62,052 bases of DNA, taken from IMG/VR virus record IMGVR_UViG_3300021091_004741, positions 1-62,052 of that record; one strand, written 5' to 3'. Shown piece by piece: positions 48,288 through 57,656 of this stretch. Made by a program: the position numbers and the translations under genes. The stretch is from a virus. Lineage: Duplodnaviria > Caudoviricetes. The notes under the pieces are model-generated. The model had not been told where the DNA came from, searched no databases, and saw only the letters and a list, made by a program, of their open reading frames with translations. Each line of letters opens with the position of its first letter. Within the stretch, counting starts at the first letter, position 1.

Positions 48288-49571
48288 TTATTTGGGTCTC
48301 GAAATTCCCAAACTCGATAAGAAGTCGTCCATATCATCTTCATCATCTTCTGAACCGCCAGAACTTTCATAATCTCTCTTGAGTTCCATGGCTTCCTTCA
48401 TTATTTCTTTGAACTTAGATGTCGCTCTCTGAATCTTTTGTTGGTCTTCAGAAATTGCATTACCTATAAGTTCCAAAAATTCTTGAGCAGGAATTTGGTA
48501 GAGTTGTATTTCAAACCAGTTTATCAAACCTTTATTACTTGAGTCGAACATCTCATCAGGTAAAGCAAACCTAATCTTTTCAACTATTTCAGGCCCGAGT
48601 CTAAGTTGCATCGGTTCATTTGAAAGAATATCAACTTGAGATTTTACTTTTTCTCTCATCGAAGGGTCTTGTGGAAGACCAAATCTAGCATTAGCAGCTT
48701 TCACACCTTTGATAATTTCGTGTGTCAAAATTGGGAATATTAACCCTTCAGCAACAATTTTAGTGTCTGGTTTTTCTTCACCTCCACCTTCATCGTCATC
48801 TTCTCCATCGGCGTCTTGTAATTCTACTTTTCCAGCAACACCATTTCCTGTGGCACTCATTTGTTCAATCATCTGTTCCATACTGAAATAAAGGAAGTCA
48901 TTAATTGCCATGATTCCTAAATAAGCCGGATAGAGTTTAGCATTAATACTATCCAATTCTCTCTTTATATCAGGTTTTTGAAAAAGATAATGTCCTTTTT
49001 TTGCAGCACCTTGAACAATCGCATTTATAAGATTTCTTTTATGTTTCTCTAATTCTAATTCTTCTTGAGGAGTTAAATCTTCGATGTCAAAACTCGGAAG
49101 TTGCATTTCCTTTTCGTCCTCTTCTTCGTCTTCTTCTTCGTCACCTTCTTCATCAGGTTCATATCTGAAATTAGAAACGTCTATCGGTTCTCTGTTTAAC
49201 GAAGCTTCAATTTGATACCAATCTTCAGGTACCTCAGTTTCGTCTAAAGCCGCTTTCACAGCTAATTGTTCAAGTTCCTCTCTGTGTCTTGCTTCAATTT
49301 GAATAATCATAGGGACTTTATTCATTTCCTCCCTATATATTCTCTGAATAATATTCGGAGTCATTCTTTCGAGTCCACGAGCTTGTCTCAGTTTATCAAC
49401 CACTTTCTTAAATCTACTCATAGCAATTCTTTGCACGTCTTGTTCTTTTTTCTTAAAAGCAGGATTTTGAGCGTACAAATTTTCAGGACTTCCTAATTTT
49501 CTTTCGAGATTAGGGTCCATTCTTTCGGGGTAGTTACCGTAGTCTAATTGTTCTTTTAACTTATTTGCCAT
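48288..49571 (-). CDS. Hypothetical acidic protein (head-associated?)
   Basis: 427-aa ORF upstream of terminase with acidic linkers. Confidence 0.7.
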   Translation of the reverse strand: MANKLKEQLDYGNYPERMDPNLERKLGSPENLYAQNPAFKKKEQDVQRIAMSRFKKVVDKLRQARGLERMTPNIIQRIYREEMNKVPMIIQIEARHREELEQLAVKAALDETEVPEDWYQIEASLNREPIDVSNFRYEPDEEGDEEEDEEEDEKEMQLPSFDIEDLTPQEELELEKHKRNLINAIVQGAAKKGHYLFQKPDIKRELDSINAKLYPAYLGIMAINDFLYFSMEQMIEQMSATGNGVAGKVELQDADGEDDDEGGGEEKPDTKIVAEGLIFPILTHEIIKGVKAANARFGLPQDPSMREKVKSQVDILSNEPMQLRLGPEIVEKIRFALPDEMFDSSNKGLINWFEIQLYQIPAQEFLELIGNAISEDQQKIQRATSKFKEIMKEAMELKRDYESSGGSEDDEDDMDDFLSSLGISRPK

Positions 49572-50388
49572 GTTTAAGTAATGAAGTTATTGATTTAATT
49601 ACTTTGTCTTTAGCTTCTTCAGGTGAGATGTCTTGTTTGCCTGCTCTAGGAGCTTCTTTTTCACCTGGATGAGGATTTTTACCTGGTCTAATTTTCGGTT
49701 TGGTGGGACCAGGTCTTTCTTTCGTACCAGGTTTTTCTTTTGGTTTTGTGGGTGCAGTAGCAGGACCTTGTTCTTCAAGATATTTCATCAAGTCCCCTTT
49801 TGTAATTCTTGGAGGTAAGTTTCTTTCTACTATTTTCATAATCTCGTTTTCTAAAAATAAAGATACCGGATTTTTTCCTTCCTTCAAAGATTTTTTAACG
49901 TCTTTGACACATCTTTCATACTTGTTCATTTCTTTAGCGTTCCACTGACTTCTTTCCCTACTTCCAAATTCTTTACCCAACTGTGCGGTACATATTGCCC
50001 AAGGATTTTGTTCTTTTTTCTTTGATTCTGTAATTCCTACAGAGCCTAAGTTTTTGTTTTTTGGATTCGTATCATCATCCTCACCATCATTGGTCTCGTC
50101 ACTTTGGTCCTCTGGCGGTTTTTGACCCGTAATTTTCTGAGTCAAATCCTGTTGAACTAAGTCTGTATCATCATCTTCTTTAACATCACCCTTTTTTTCG
50201 TAAACTTCAAATGGTTTTTTTTCCGCTTTGAGTTTCTGTATTGTACTTGAATCTCCTGCGGAAACCATCGTGACTTCACTAACCAATTTTTTGTGAAGTA
50301 CGTTAATTTGAGATTCAGTAAGTTTTGATACAGTCTTGGCTGATAATCCCTTTTCAATTAATTGGTAAGCTTTAATGTTAGTTTTCAT
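49561..50388 (-). CDS. Putative internal head protein
   Basis: NPWAICTA...KYERCVKDVK minidomain flanked by ITE/LKE sites; Pro/Lys-rich tail. Confidence 0.6.
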   Translation of the reverse strand: MKTNIKAYQLIEKGLSAKTVSKLTESQINVLHKKLVSEVTMVSAGDSSTIQKLKAEKKPFEVYEKKGDVKEDDDTDLVQQDLTQKITGQKPPEDQSDETNDGEDDDTNPKNKNLGSVGITESKKKEQNPWAICTAQLGKEFGSRERSQWNAKEMNKYERCVKDVKKSLKEGKNPVSLFLENEIMKIVERNLPPRITKGDLMKYLEEQGPATAPTKPKEKPGTKERPGPTKPKIRPGKNPHPGEKEAPRAGKQDISPEEAKDKVIKSITSLLKHGK

Positions 50389-50776
50389 AAACTACTTTCT
50401 TTTCAAATTCCAAAATCAAATCTCTTTCATAGAGTTTGTTTTTTATTTCCTGTTCACTCTGTCCAAATCTAAAAACCAATCTTTTCTTTCCCATTACTTC
50501 GTCAGGTTCCCAGGCTAATGCAACCACATTATCGATTGCATCTATCATACAAAAAAAATCGGAGTTCTGAATCAAATCTAATTTTACATCAGTATTTCTT
50601 AGAACTCCTACCTTTTTGATATATTTTAATTCGGGTGGAAGAGGATAACCATTTGATGGTCTATTTTCCCACGACTCCCCCCAAACATCTTCAACATCAT
50701 CAGAAAATATGAATTCGTATAAATTGTCACCTTTGTAGTCAGGTCCTAATCCATTGACGAATATCAGATAACTCAT
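50378..50776 (-). CDS. Hypothetical protein
   Basis: 132-aa ORF in the operon. Confidence 0.7.
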   Translation of the reverse strand: MSYLIFVNGLGPDYKGDNLYEFIFSDDVEDVWGESWENRPSNGYPLPPELKYIKKVGVLRNTDVKLDLIQNSDFFCMIDAIDNVVALAWEPDEVMGKKRLVFRFGQSEQEIKNKLYERDLILEFEKKVVYEN

Positions 50777-51987
50777 ACTAATAATCCTTCAGGTGAAATC
50801 TTTGTTTGTTTACCTTTTGATTCGAAAATTAAATTGTTCTTATTTGTTTTTCCGATAAATCTTGAGTTAATATTTTCTTCTAAAAACTTCTGAGAAGCTT
50901 CTTTTTGTTCATTAGTTTCAGACATTTCGGAAACTAATTTCATAATTTTTTCGATATCTCCCTTTCTTTCTTTGATTCTTTTTTGGTTTTTTTCTTGTCT
51001 TTCCAAGATTTCTCTTTTTGTAAGTTCAAAATATTTCGAAATTACTTTATCTACTTTTGACTCACCAAAAATACCGTCCATGATTGCCCCCATTCCGAAA
51101 TCCATTTCTCCCATTTCTTTACCTTCAGGAGCTGTCATATCAGGAAGTGGTTCAGCTTCAGGTGCCATTTGTTCTTCACCACCCAAATCAGGTAATTCAT
51201 CTCCTTCTTCTCTTCCCTCAGCATCTTCGAACTTTGATAAGATATCCTCTTTATCTTCATCACTTAAACTTCCTAAATCTAAAGATGAAAGAACCATATT
51301 AATCACATATTTAATATCTTCAGAAGTCATTCCGTCTTTAGCTTCCAATGCTCTAACTTTCTGAGTCAATTTTCCAGTAAGTTTTTGAATTGATTTGAAG
51401 GTTACTTCTTCTTCGTCTTTTTCCATTTCTTCTCCCGCAGGCATTTCTGTACCCATATCCATAGGTTCAGAATCTGCTGGAGGTAAATCCGCCATAGGAG
51501 CTTCTTCACCACCCGTAGGTGCTGCTTCAGGTGAAGGAGGAAGTTCTGGTGAAGGAACCGCTGGTGGAGCTACAGGAGCTTCAGCCTCAGGGGCATCTTC
51601 AACAGGTTTTGGAGTTTTGAGAACAAACTTTTTTTGTTCACCGAAAAGAGCAACCCCCTCTTCATTTTCCACTAATCTGTTTATTTCTTTTGCTAAAAGA
51701 TTCAATCTTTTGAAAGCCTGAGAATACGATGAATAATATTTTCTATTTTTCATCGGCTCAATATAATCTGTTTCAGATTCGGAAATTGTTTTCTTGATAA
51801 TATAACCTTGTCTCTCTTTTACAATATGGTAATCACTACCATCTGCCATTACAATTTTGTATTCAGATTTAGACGTTTCGTTTATATTAGAGGGTAGCGA
51901 CTCGTTGAAACGAGCGATTTCCATAATTCTTTTTAATTTTTCTTGGCCTTGAAGTTTTTCACTTCCGAGTGGTTTTAAGTCTGCCAT
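50773..51987 (-). CDS. Hypothetical acidic/Pro-rich protein (core-like)
   Basis: 404 aa with EAP/PEA low-complexity linkers and NINE-type motifs. Confidence 0.7.
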   Translation of the reverse strand: MADLKPLGSEKLQGQEKLKRIMEIARFNESLPSNINETSKSEYKIVMADGSDYHIVKERQGYIIKKTISESETDYIEPMKNRKYYSSYSQAFKRLNLLAKEINRLVENEEGVALFGEQKKFVLKTPKPVEDAPEAEAPVAPPAVPSPELPPSPEAAPTGGEEAPMADLPPADSEPMDMGTEMPAGEEMEKDEEEVTFKSIQKLTGKLTQKVRALEAKDGMTSEDIKYVINMVLSSLDLGSLSDEDKEDILSKFEDAEGREEGDELPDLGGEEQMAPEAEPLPDMTAPEGKEMGEMDFGMGAIMDGIFGESKVDKVISKYFELTKREILERQEKNQKRIKERKGDIEKIMKLVSEMSETNEQKEASQKFLEENINSRFIGKTNKNNLIFESKGKQTKISPEGLLV

Positions 51988-52006
51988 AGTTATGTTAGTT
52001 TTTTTT

Positions 52007-52378
52007 TTAATTATTTAATCCATTGAATCCACCTAAAGTGATTGCGTTTAATTGTGCAACTGGTCGTCCATCGGCATCAGTAAAGATTGGATGTGGTGCA
52101 TAGGCTCCACTAAAATCAGCACTACCACCACTAAAATTACCTAATATAGCCAGAGAATATTCGTATTGTTGGTCTGCACTTACTCCTGTAAAAGGATACT
52201 GTGATGGAGTTGGAGTAGGGGTAGTTGTTGGTGTAGGCGTTTGGGTTGTAGTGGGTGAAGGCGTTACTCCTCCAGTACCCGTTTGGGTTGTAGTAGGTGT
52301 AGGCGTTACTGCCGCAGTACCAGTTTGGGTGTTAGTCGGAGTTATAGTCGGAGTTATAGTTGGTGTTGGTGTTGCCAT
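52007..52378 (-). CDS. Small Thr/Pro-rich protein
   Basis: N-terminal ~60 aa of TPT repeats followed by a small globular domain; TATTTAT upstream. Confidence 0.7.
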   Translation of the reverse strand: MATPTPTITPTITPTNTQTGTAAVTPTPTTTQTGTGGVTPSPTTTQTPTPTTTPTPTPSQYPFTGVSADQQYEYSLAILGNFSGGSADFSGAYAPHPIFTDADGRPVAQLNAITLGGFNGLNN

Positions 52379-52417
52379 CTAATTTTTCTTTATAAATATA
52401 CCACCGAGCCAAATAAT

Positions 52418-53173
52418 TTAAATTACCAAATAAGATATTACTCCTTCTTGAAGTTTTTGTTCTATGGATAATTCTTTGTCGGTGAGTTTGTTGAGTGAAT
52501 CGAAAAGTTTTTCAATATGTCCTGACCTACGCAAATATTTGAAAACTAAGTTCTCATAGGACAATTCACCCTCTTTTTCCAATCCGCATTGTCTATATTC
52601 TTTCAATTTGTCCTTGAGTTTTTCTATTGTTTCAATCTTTTCTTCCTTTACGGCTTTATCAATTTTTTCTGTCCAATTGGAAATTTTATTTTTCAAAATC
52701 TCTTCGTCGATTTCTGCTTTCAATTTCTTTGGTTTACTCAACCACTCATTATTCATTACTGAATATAAACCTGAGCTTACGTGTAACTCGTCTATATCCT
52801 GAGCATAAAGTTCAACATAATAACCAAAAATCTTTATGTCATGTTTTTCATTAAACACTTGTTTTTTAAGATTATATAATTCTTTATATAAATCGGCTTC
52901 TTTCTCATATTGTTGTAAATCAACAAGGATGTGCAAATCGAAGTCCGAGAACTCTGACCAATTGAAGTTTGCTAGTGAACCTGTCAATACGATGTCTTCT
53001 ACAAAAACATCTTCACCTAAGAAATCGATGAACTTTTCCGCTATTTTCAACAAAGCTTGTCTGACTTTGGGAATCATTACTGCATCGTTGGGTTCCTCAG
53101 GGTTTTCCCAAACTTTCGGATTCAAAGTCGATTTGATTGTGAAACTATCTAAAATCTTTTGTAGATTACTCAT
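52418..53173 (-). CDS. DNA polymerase beta-superfamily nucleotidyltransferase
   Basis: DIVLTGSLANFNWSEFSDFDLHILVD (hG[GS]x9-13DhD) plus a third carboxylate in VELYAQD. Confidence 0.8.
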   Translation of the reverse strand: MSNLQKILDSFTIKSTLNPKVWENPEEPNDAVMIPKVRQALLKIAEKFIDFLGEDVFVEDIVLTGSLANFNWSEFSDFDLHILVDLQQYEKEADLYKELYNLKKQVFNEKHDIKIFGYYVELYAQDIDELHVSSGLYSVMNNEWLSKPKKLKAEIDEEILKNKISNWTEKIDKAVKEEKIETIEKLKDKLKEYRQCGLEKEGELSYENLVFKYLRRSGHIEKLFDSLNKLTDKELSIEQKLQEGVISYLVI

Positions 53174-53194
53174 TTGTAATAAATACTTGAACCT

Positions 53195-53437
53195 TTATAG
53201 TTTTTTGTATTTATATTTCTTTGCAATTTCAGTAGTAAAAAACTTTCCTTGAGAATCGGCTTTTCTGAACTTGGTATATTCCATATGTGGAACATCACTG
53301 TATTGATATTTCATACCGTTATTAAACTCAACAACCAAATTTTTGGTATCAGTATCATATTCCGTTTTTTTAATGTTTGAGGATTTGATTTCGTTAATAA
53401 TTTTAGAACCTTGTATTTCTTCACGGATGATAGCCAT
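53195..53437 (-). CDS. KTSC-domain protein
   Basis: SSNIK..EYD....LVVEF.NG..YQY.DVP...F..A.S.GKFF...I. Confidence 0.9.
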   Translation of the reverse strand: MAIIREEIQGSKIINEIKSSNIKKTEYDTDTKNLVVEFNNGMKYQYSDVPHMEYTKFRKADSQGKFFTTEIAKKYKYKKL

Positions 53438-53488
53438 AATTGTAATTTTTATAAACTAATATTATAATCAGTCAATACAATTATAAAT

Positions 53489-53520
53489 AGAAAACCCCCG
53501 TCAAGAGGACGAGGGTTATT
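53489..53520 (-). terminator. Rho-independent terminator after hsp20
   Basis: Minus strand AACCCTCGTC-CTCTT-GACGGGGGTTTTC. Confidence 0.65.
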
Positions 53521-53539
53521 ACAGAAAAAATTAACAACA

Positions 53540-53935
53540 TTACAGAAGACTAATTCTTTTCTTTTCTTGTTTTTTGAAATTGGGAACAAATACTGTGAGT
53601 ATTCCGTCTTCAACAGTCGCCTCAATTTGTGAAGGGTCATAATTTGTACCAATCTTGAATTGTTTGTCGATTACTTTTGTTTTTTCTTTTCCATCGATTT
53701 TATAAGTTCTTTTACCATCAATGTGAAGAACTCCATCTTCCATTTCAACCTTCAGATTGGTTTTGTTGTACCCTGGAACCTCAAAAAACAAATAAGCACC
53801 ATCTTTAGTGTTATTAATCTCATAATTTTCATCACCATCTGACTTACTGATGACTGAGGTTTTGTAGTGATAATTTGAATTGTTTCCGATAATGTCTTCG
53901 AAAAGTCTGCTAATTTCACTGTTAGATAAAATCAT
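53540..53935 (-). CDS. Small heat shock protein (Hsp20/alpha-crystallin)
   Basis: EVPGYNK..LKVEMEDGVLHIDG...F.I....D..QIEATVEDGILTV.VP and a C-terminal IxL motif. Confidence 0.9.
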   Translation of the reverse strand: MILSNSEISRLFEDIIGNNSNYHYKTSVISKSDGDENYEINNTKDGAYLFFEVPGYNKTNLKVEMEDGVLHIDGKRTYKIDGKEKTKVIDKQFKIGTNYDPSQIEATVEDGILTVFVPNFKKQEKKRISLL

Positions 53936-53977
53936 AGTTTGTTATTTTTTAAAGTTTATTATTTTTATACTTATGAG

Positions 53978-54047
53978 TCAAATAAAATGCCAGTGATATA
54001 ATTAAGACATCATGACATACAAAAAAAATATTTATGACAATTTGTCA
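53978..54047 (-). promoter_or_regulatory. Putative sigma54-type promoter for hsp20 with upstream TGACA-N3-TGTCA palindromes
   Basis: Minus strand TGGCATTTTATTTGA (53992-53978) fits -24/-12 spacing; TGACAATTTGTCA at 54035-54047 and AGACATCATGACA at 54005-54017. Confidence 0.45.
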
Positions 54048-54099
54048 AATTATTTGTTTATGTATTGTTTTTGATACATCTTTGTGAAAAATAAATACT

Positions 54100-56115
54100 A
54101 TGCACGAACTTATGGATGACGATGAAAAAATGATGAGCAAGAAGCAAAAACCAAGCTCAGACAGTTCTACACCTGTATTAGATAATTTTAGTAGAGACCT
54201 CAACAAACTCGCTGATGAAGATAAACTCGACCCTGTAATTGGTAGAGATAGGGAGATTCTCAGAATCGCACAGATTCTATCTCGTAGAAAGAAGAATAAT
54301 CCTATTATCATCGGTGAACCTGGTTGTGGTAAAACCGCAATTATTGAAGGACTCGCAATGAAGATTGTCAGAGGTAATTGCCCAAGAAACCTAATTGACA
54401 AACGTATCGTAAATCTCGATTTGACCTCAGTGGTTGCGGGTACAAAATACCGTGGTCAATTTGAAGAAAGAATGAAGGTCATAATTGAAGAACTCCAAGC
54501 TAACCCGAATATTATCGTTTTCATTGATGAGATTCACACTCTTGTCGGTTCAGGTAATTCAGCTGGTTCAATGGATGGTTCTAATATTTTTAAACCAGCT
54601 TTATCCCGTGGTGAAATTCAAGTCATTGGAGCAACCACTCTCGATGAATTCCGTAAGAATATTGAAAAAGATGGAGCTCTTGAACGTAGATTCCAAAAAG
54701 TGATTGTTGAACCTTCAAGTGTTATAGAGACGATTACAATTCTCAAAAATATCAGAGACAAATATGAAACTTTCCATAAAGTATCATATTCAGACGAGAT
54801 AATCGAAACTTGTGTAAAATTAGCTGACCGCTATATCACAGATAGAGAGTTTCCTGATAAAGCTTTTGATATTTTAGATGAGGTAGGAGCACGTATGCAA
54901 ACTGAAATAAAGGTTCCTGAAGCAATTGAAGAACTTAAAAAGAAAGCAGCTGAAATTAAACAAATGAAAATGGATGTCGTAAAAAAACAGAATTACGAAC
55001 AAGCAGCAGAACTAAGGGATAGAGAAAAAAAGATTCTTACCAAACTTGACCATGAGAAAACCAAGTTTGAAGAACAACTCATCAAAGACAAACAAAAAAT
55101 ATCCCTCGATGATGTCTATGATGTGGTATCTAATATGACAAAAATACCTGTTAACAAAATGTCTGTTGATGACACTAAAACTCTTATCAATTTGGATAAG
55201 ACTTTAATGGAAAAAGTCATAGGTCAAGACGAAGTAATTAAGAAAGTAGTCAAGTCTATCAAGAGAAATAGATTAGGTATCAAAGACCCTAACAGACCAA
55301 TTGGTTCATTTGTATTTTTAGGTTCTACAGGTGTAGGTAAAACTCACTTCGCTAAACAACTTGCTAAAGAAATGTTTGGCACCGAAGATTCACTTATTCG
55401 TGTTGATATGAGTGAGTATCAAGAAAAGCACACCATATCAAAATTGGTTGGAGCACCCCCTGGTTACGTTGGATATGATGAAGGTGGTCAGTTGACAGAA
55501 AAGGTAAAAAACAAGCCATACTCTGTGATTCTTTTCGATGAGGTTGAAAAAGCGCATAAAGATGTTTTTACTGTTCTTCTTCAGATTTTGGATGATGGAC
55601 ACGTTACCGATAGTTTGGGTAGAAAAATCAATTTCAAAAACACCCTCATCATTTTAACATCCAACTTGGGTGTTAAGAAATTACAAGATTTCGGAACAGG
55701 TATTGGATTCAGTAGTAATACATATTCAAACGAGGAAGCTAAAAAACAAATGTTAGTCAAGGAGATGAAGAACTTCTTTAGTCCCGAGTTTATCAATCGA
55801 ATAGACGATACAGTTATTTTCAATACTTTGACCTCAGAAAATATCAAACAAATCACGAAGATTGAGTTGAATAAACTTGTAAGTAGACTGAGTGAAATGA
55901 AATACAATTTCATCTACGATGATACTTTGGTAGAGTTTCTATCTAAAGCAGGTTTTGATGAGTTATACGGCGCAAGACCTCTAAAAAGAGCAATACAAGA
56001 TAAAGTCGAGGATTTGATTTCCGAGGAGGTCCTCACCGGTAAATTAGTAGAAAACAAAACCTACGAAATTAAAGTAGATGGAGAAAATCTAAAAATTCAG
56101 AAAAAAGGGAGATAA
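54100..56115 (+). CDS. clpC: ClpC-type AAA+ chaperone lacking the Clp N-terminal domain
   Basis: NBD1 GEPGCGKT/FIDEIH; UVR-like M domain QNYEQAAELRDRE; NBD2 GSTGVGKT/FDEVEK; ClpP-docking loop GIGF; YGARPLKR. Confidence 0.9.
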   Translation: MHELMDDDEKMMSKKQKPSSDSSTPVLDNFSRDLNKLADEDKLDPVIGRDREILRIAQILSRRKKNNPIIIGEPGCGKTAIIEGLAMKIVRGNCPRNLIDKRIVNLDLTSVVAGTKYRGQFEERMKVIIEELQANPNIIVFIDEIHTLVGSGNSAGSMDGSNIFKPALSRGEIQVIGATTLDEFRKNIEKDGALERRFQKVIVEPSSVIETITILKNIRDKYETFHKVSYSDEIIETCVKLADRYITDREFPDKAFDILDEVGARMQTEIKVPEAIEELKKKAAEIKQMKMDVVKKQNYEQAAELRDREKKILTKLDHEKTKFEEQLIKDKQKISLDDVYDVVSNMTKIPVNKMSVDDTKTLINLDKTLMEKVIGQDEVIKKVVKSIKRNRLGIKDPNRPIGSFVFLGSTGVGKTHFAKQLAKEMFGTEDSLIRVDMSEYQEKHTISKLVGAPPGYVGYDEGGQLTEKVKNKPYSVILFDEVEKAHKDVFTVLLQILDDGHVTDSLGRKINFKNTLIILTSNLGVKKLQDFGTGIGFSSNTYSNEEAKKQMLVKEMKNFFSPEFINRIDDTVIFNTLTSENIKQITKIELNKLVSRLSEMKYNFIYDDTLVEFLSKAGFDELYGARPLKRAIQDKVEDLISEEVLTGKLVENKTYEIKVDGENLKIQKKGR

Positions 56116-56127
56116 TCCCTTTTTTTT
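56101..56127 (+). terminator. Rho-independent terminator overlapping the clpC stop
   Basis: AAAAAAGGGA-GATAA-TCCCTTTTTTTT. Confidence 0.75.
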
Positions 56128-56139
56128 GTATTTATTAGT

Positions 56140-56787
56140 ATGAAACCCTTAATCTCGGTTCTTAAAGAAACTGTTATTGAAAAATCAAATTTGGACGATG
56201 TTTTAGAAATGTTTAAAAAAAATCTTCGACCAGAGTTTAAATACGTGACAGAAAGAATTGAAAATTTTGTAAGAGGGTTTATTCAGAAAAGAGGTTATAA
56301 TGTAAAATTTCTAAACGCATGTACGTCTTATGCTGGCGTGAGGACTAAAGATACAATTATAATTTGTTCTCCAAATAAGATGATGACTCTTGGTGATTTT
56401 CTTTACACAATATTCCACGAGATACGTCACGAACAACAAATATCCACCATTAAGATGCCAAACCCTTTATCAGATATGGATTTGGATGATTTCGAAAATC
56501 TATATAAACAGTATTGGGAAATGGAATTAGATGCCGACCAATACGCAAAAAACATGTTAGTGAAAATAGCAGAAAAATTAGGGTTGACAAGAGACGAAGC
56601 TAAATCAATTTTAAAATTATCGGGAAATATAGAAGAGTATCCTCAGAGGTCGGATATGACAAGAAAACAAATCAGAGGAATAATTGATAACATCAAACAA
56701 ATGAGAGCTTCAGGTCAAAAATATGAGGACATTAAAGACCATCCTTTCATCAAAATGCACTTAAGTAAATTAGAGAGATTTATTTAG
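56140..56787 (+). CDS. HExxH zinc metallopeptidase-like protein
   Basis: TIFHEIRHEQQ with downstream EMELDADQYA (third ligand ExxA motif). Confidence 0.65.
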   Translation: MKPLISVLKETVIEKSNLDDVLEMFKKNLRPEFKYVTERIENFVRGFIQKRGYNVKFLNACTSYAGVRTKDTIIICSPNKMMTLGDFLYTIFHEIRHEQQISTIKMPNPLSDMDLDDFENLYKQYWEMELDADQYAKNMLVKIAEKLGLTRDEAKSILKLSGNIEEYPQRSDMTRKQIRGIIDNIKQMRASGQKYEDIKDHPFIKMHLSKLERFI

Positions 56788-57620
56788 AATACAAACTTAA
56801 TTTGGTTGTGTACCTTTCTCTGTTTGTAATATAATTTATTTCCCAATTTTTCAATCATTTCTTTTCCAATTTTAATTCCATTCAGTACATCTTCAACCAC
56901 AACATATTCTTCTTTGGTGTGATAGTCATAGTAACCGATTGAAAAATTGATACAAGAAAAATCGAATTTACTTCTCAACGCATAGACATCTGTATACGGA
57001 TGGGTCATATACTCCATATCTTCATTTACCATTTGTTTTTTGAAGACCTTATCAATAGTTTCGAAAAAGGTGCTTTTTCTATCAAACAGAGGTTGTCCTG
57101 AACAAGTTTCAGTAATCATCCAATTTTCAGGAGCGTCAAACTGAATACCATAACCGACGTTATCAAAAAACTTTGTGTCTGATTGCCTTGAGCCGTGACA
57201 ACCAGTTTCTTCGGAAACAAAAAACGCCGCTTTCAAATTGTCCATCTCTTTAAGAAGAGTTAAACATGCAAAAACACCAGCCTTGTCATCACCACCAATA
57301 CCAGTAGGATTTCCAAAATCATTGTAGGCTTTATATGCCAACTTAATTTGACCTTGAGCATTTGGTCGATATTCCTCACGAATATTAATTTTGTCAATAT
57401 TGTGTACAGTATCAGTATGAGATATAACACATGGATAATAGAAATCTTCAGTCAACATACCTGTGGTTTTTGTTGCATAAACATTACCGTGAGAATCTTC
57501 ATAATAATCAATATTATTTTTTTCTAACCACTCACAAATGAACATAATCATCAAAGTTTCATTATAGGTTTTGGTGGGCACACTTAAGACGTTCTTTAGA
57601 AGTTGTGTATCTATTTTCAT
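56784..57620 (-). CDS. M20/M28/M42-clan metallopeptidase
   Basis: SHTDTV, GGDDKAG, SEETG, QFD, YTD, GYY..HT..E. Confidence 0.85.
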   Translation of the reverse strand: MKIDTQLLKNVLSVPTKTYNETLMIMFICEWLEKNNIDYYEDSHGNVYATKTTGMLTEDFYYPCVISHTDTVHNIDKINIREEYRPNAQGQIKLAYKAYNDFGNPTGIGGDDKAGVFACLTLLKEMDNLKAAFFVSEETGCHGSRQSDTKFFDNVGYGIQFDAPENWMITETCSGQPLFDRKSTFFETIDKVFKKQMVNEDMEYMTHPYTDVYALRSKFDFSCINFSIGYYDYHTKEEYVVVEDVLNGIKIGKEMIEKLGNKLYYKQRKVHNQIKFVF

Positions 57621-57624
57621 CTTG

Positions 57625-57656
57625 CAAATATATTACAAATTATATAATTCCCCAAA
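57625..57656 (-). promoter_or_regulatory. Bacteroidota sigmaA promoter TTTG-N20-TATATTTG
   Basis: Minus strand TTTG (57656-57653), 20 nt, TATATTTG (57632-57625), 4 nt, then ATG 57620. Confidence 0.65.

Noticed and set aside
53449-53652. Other short overlapping or antisense ORFs in the track (for example 53449-53652, 54045-54401, 59018-59218, 59764-60051)
   Set aside because: They lie within or opposite well-supported genes or the tmRNA and have no recognisable motifs.
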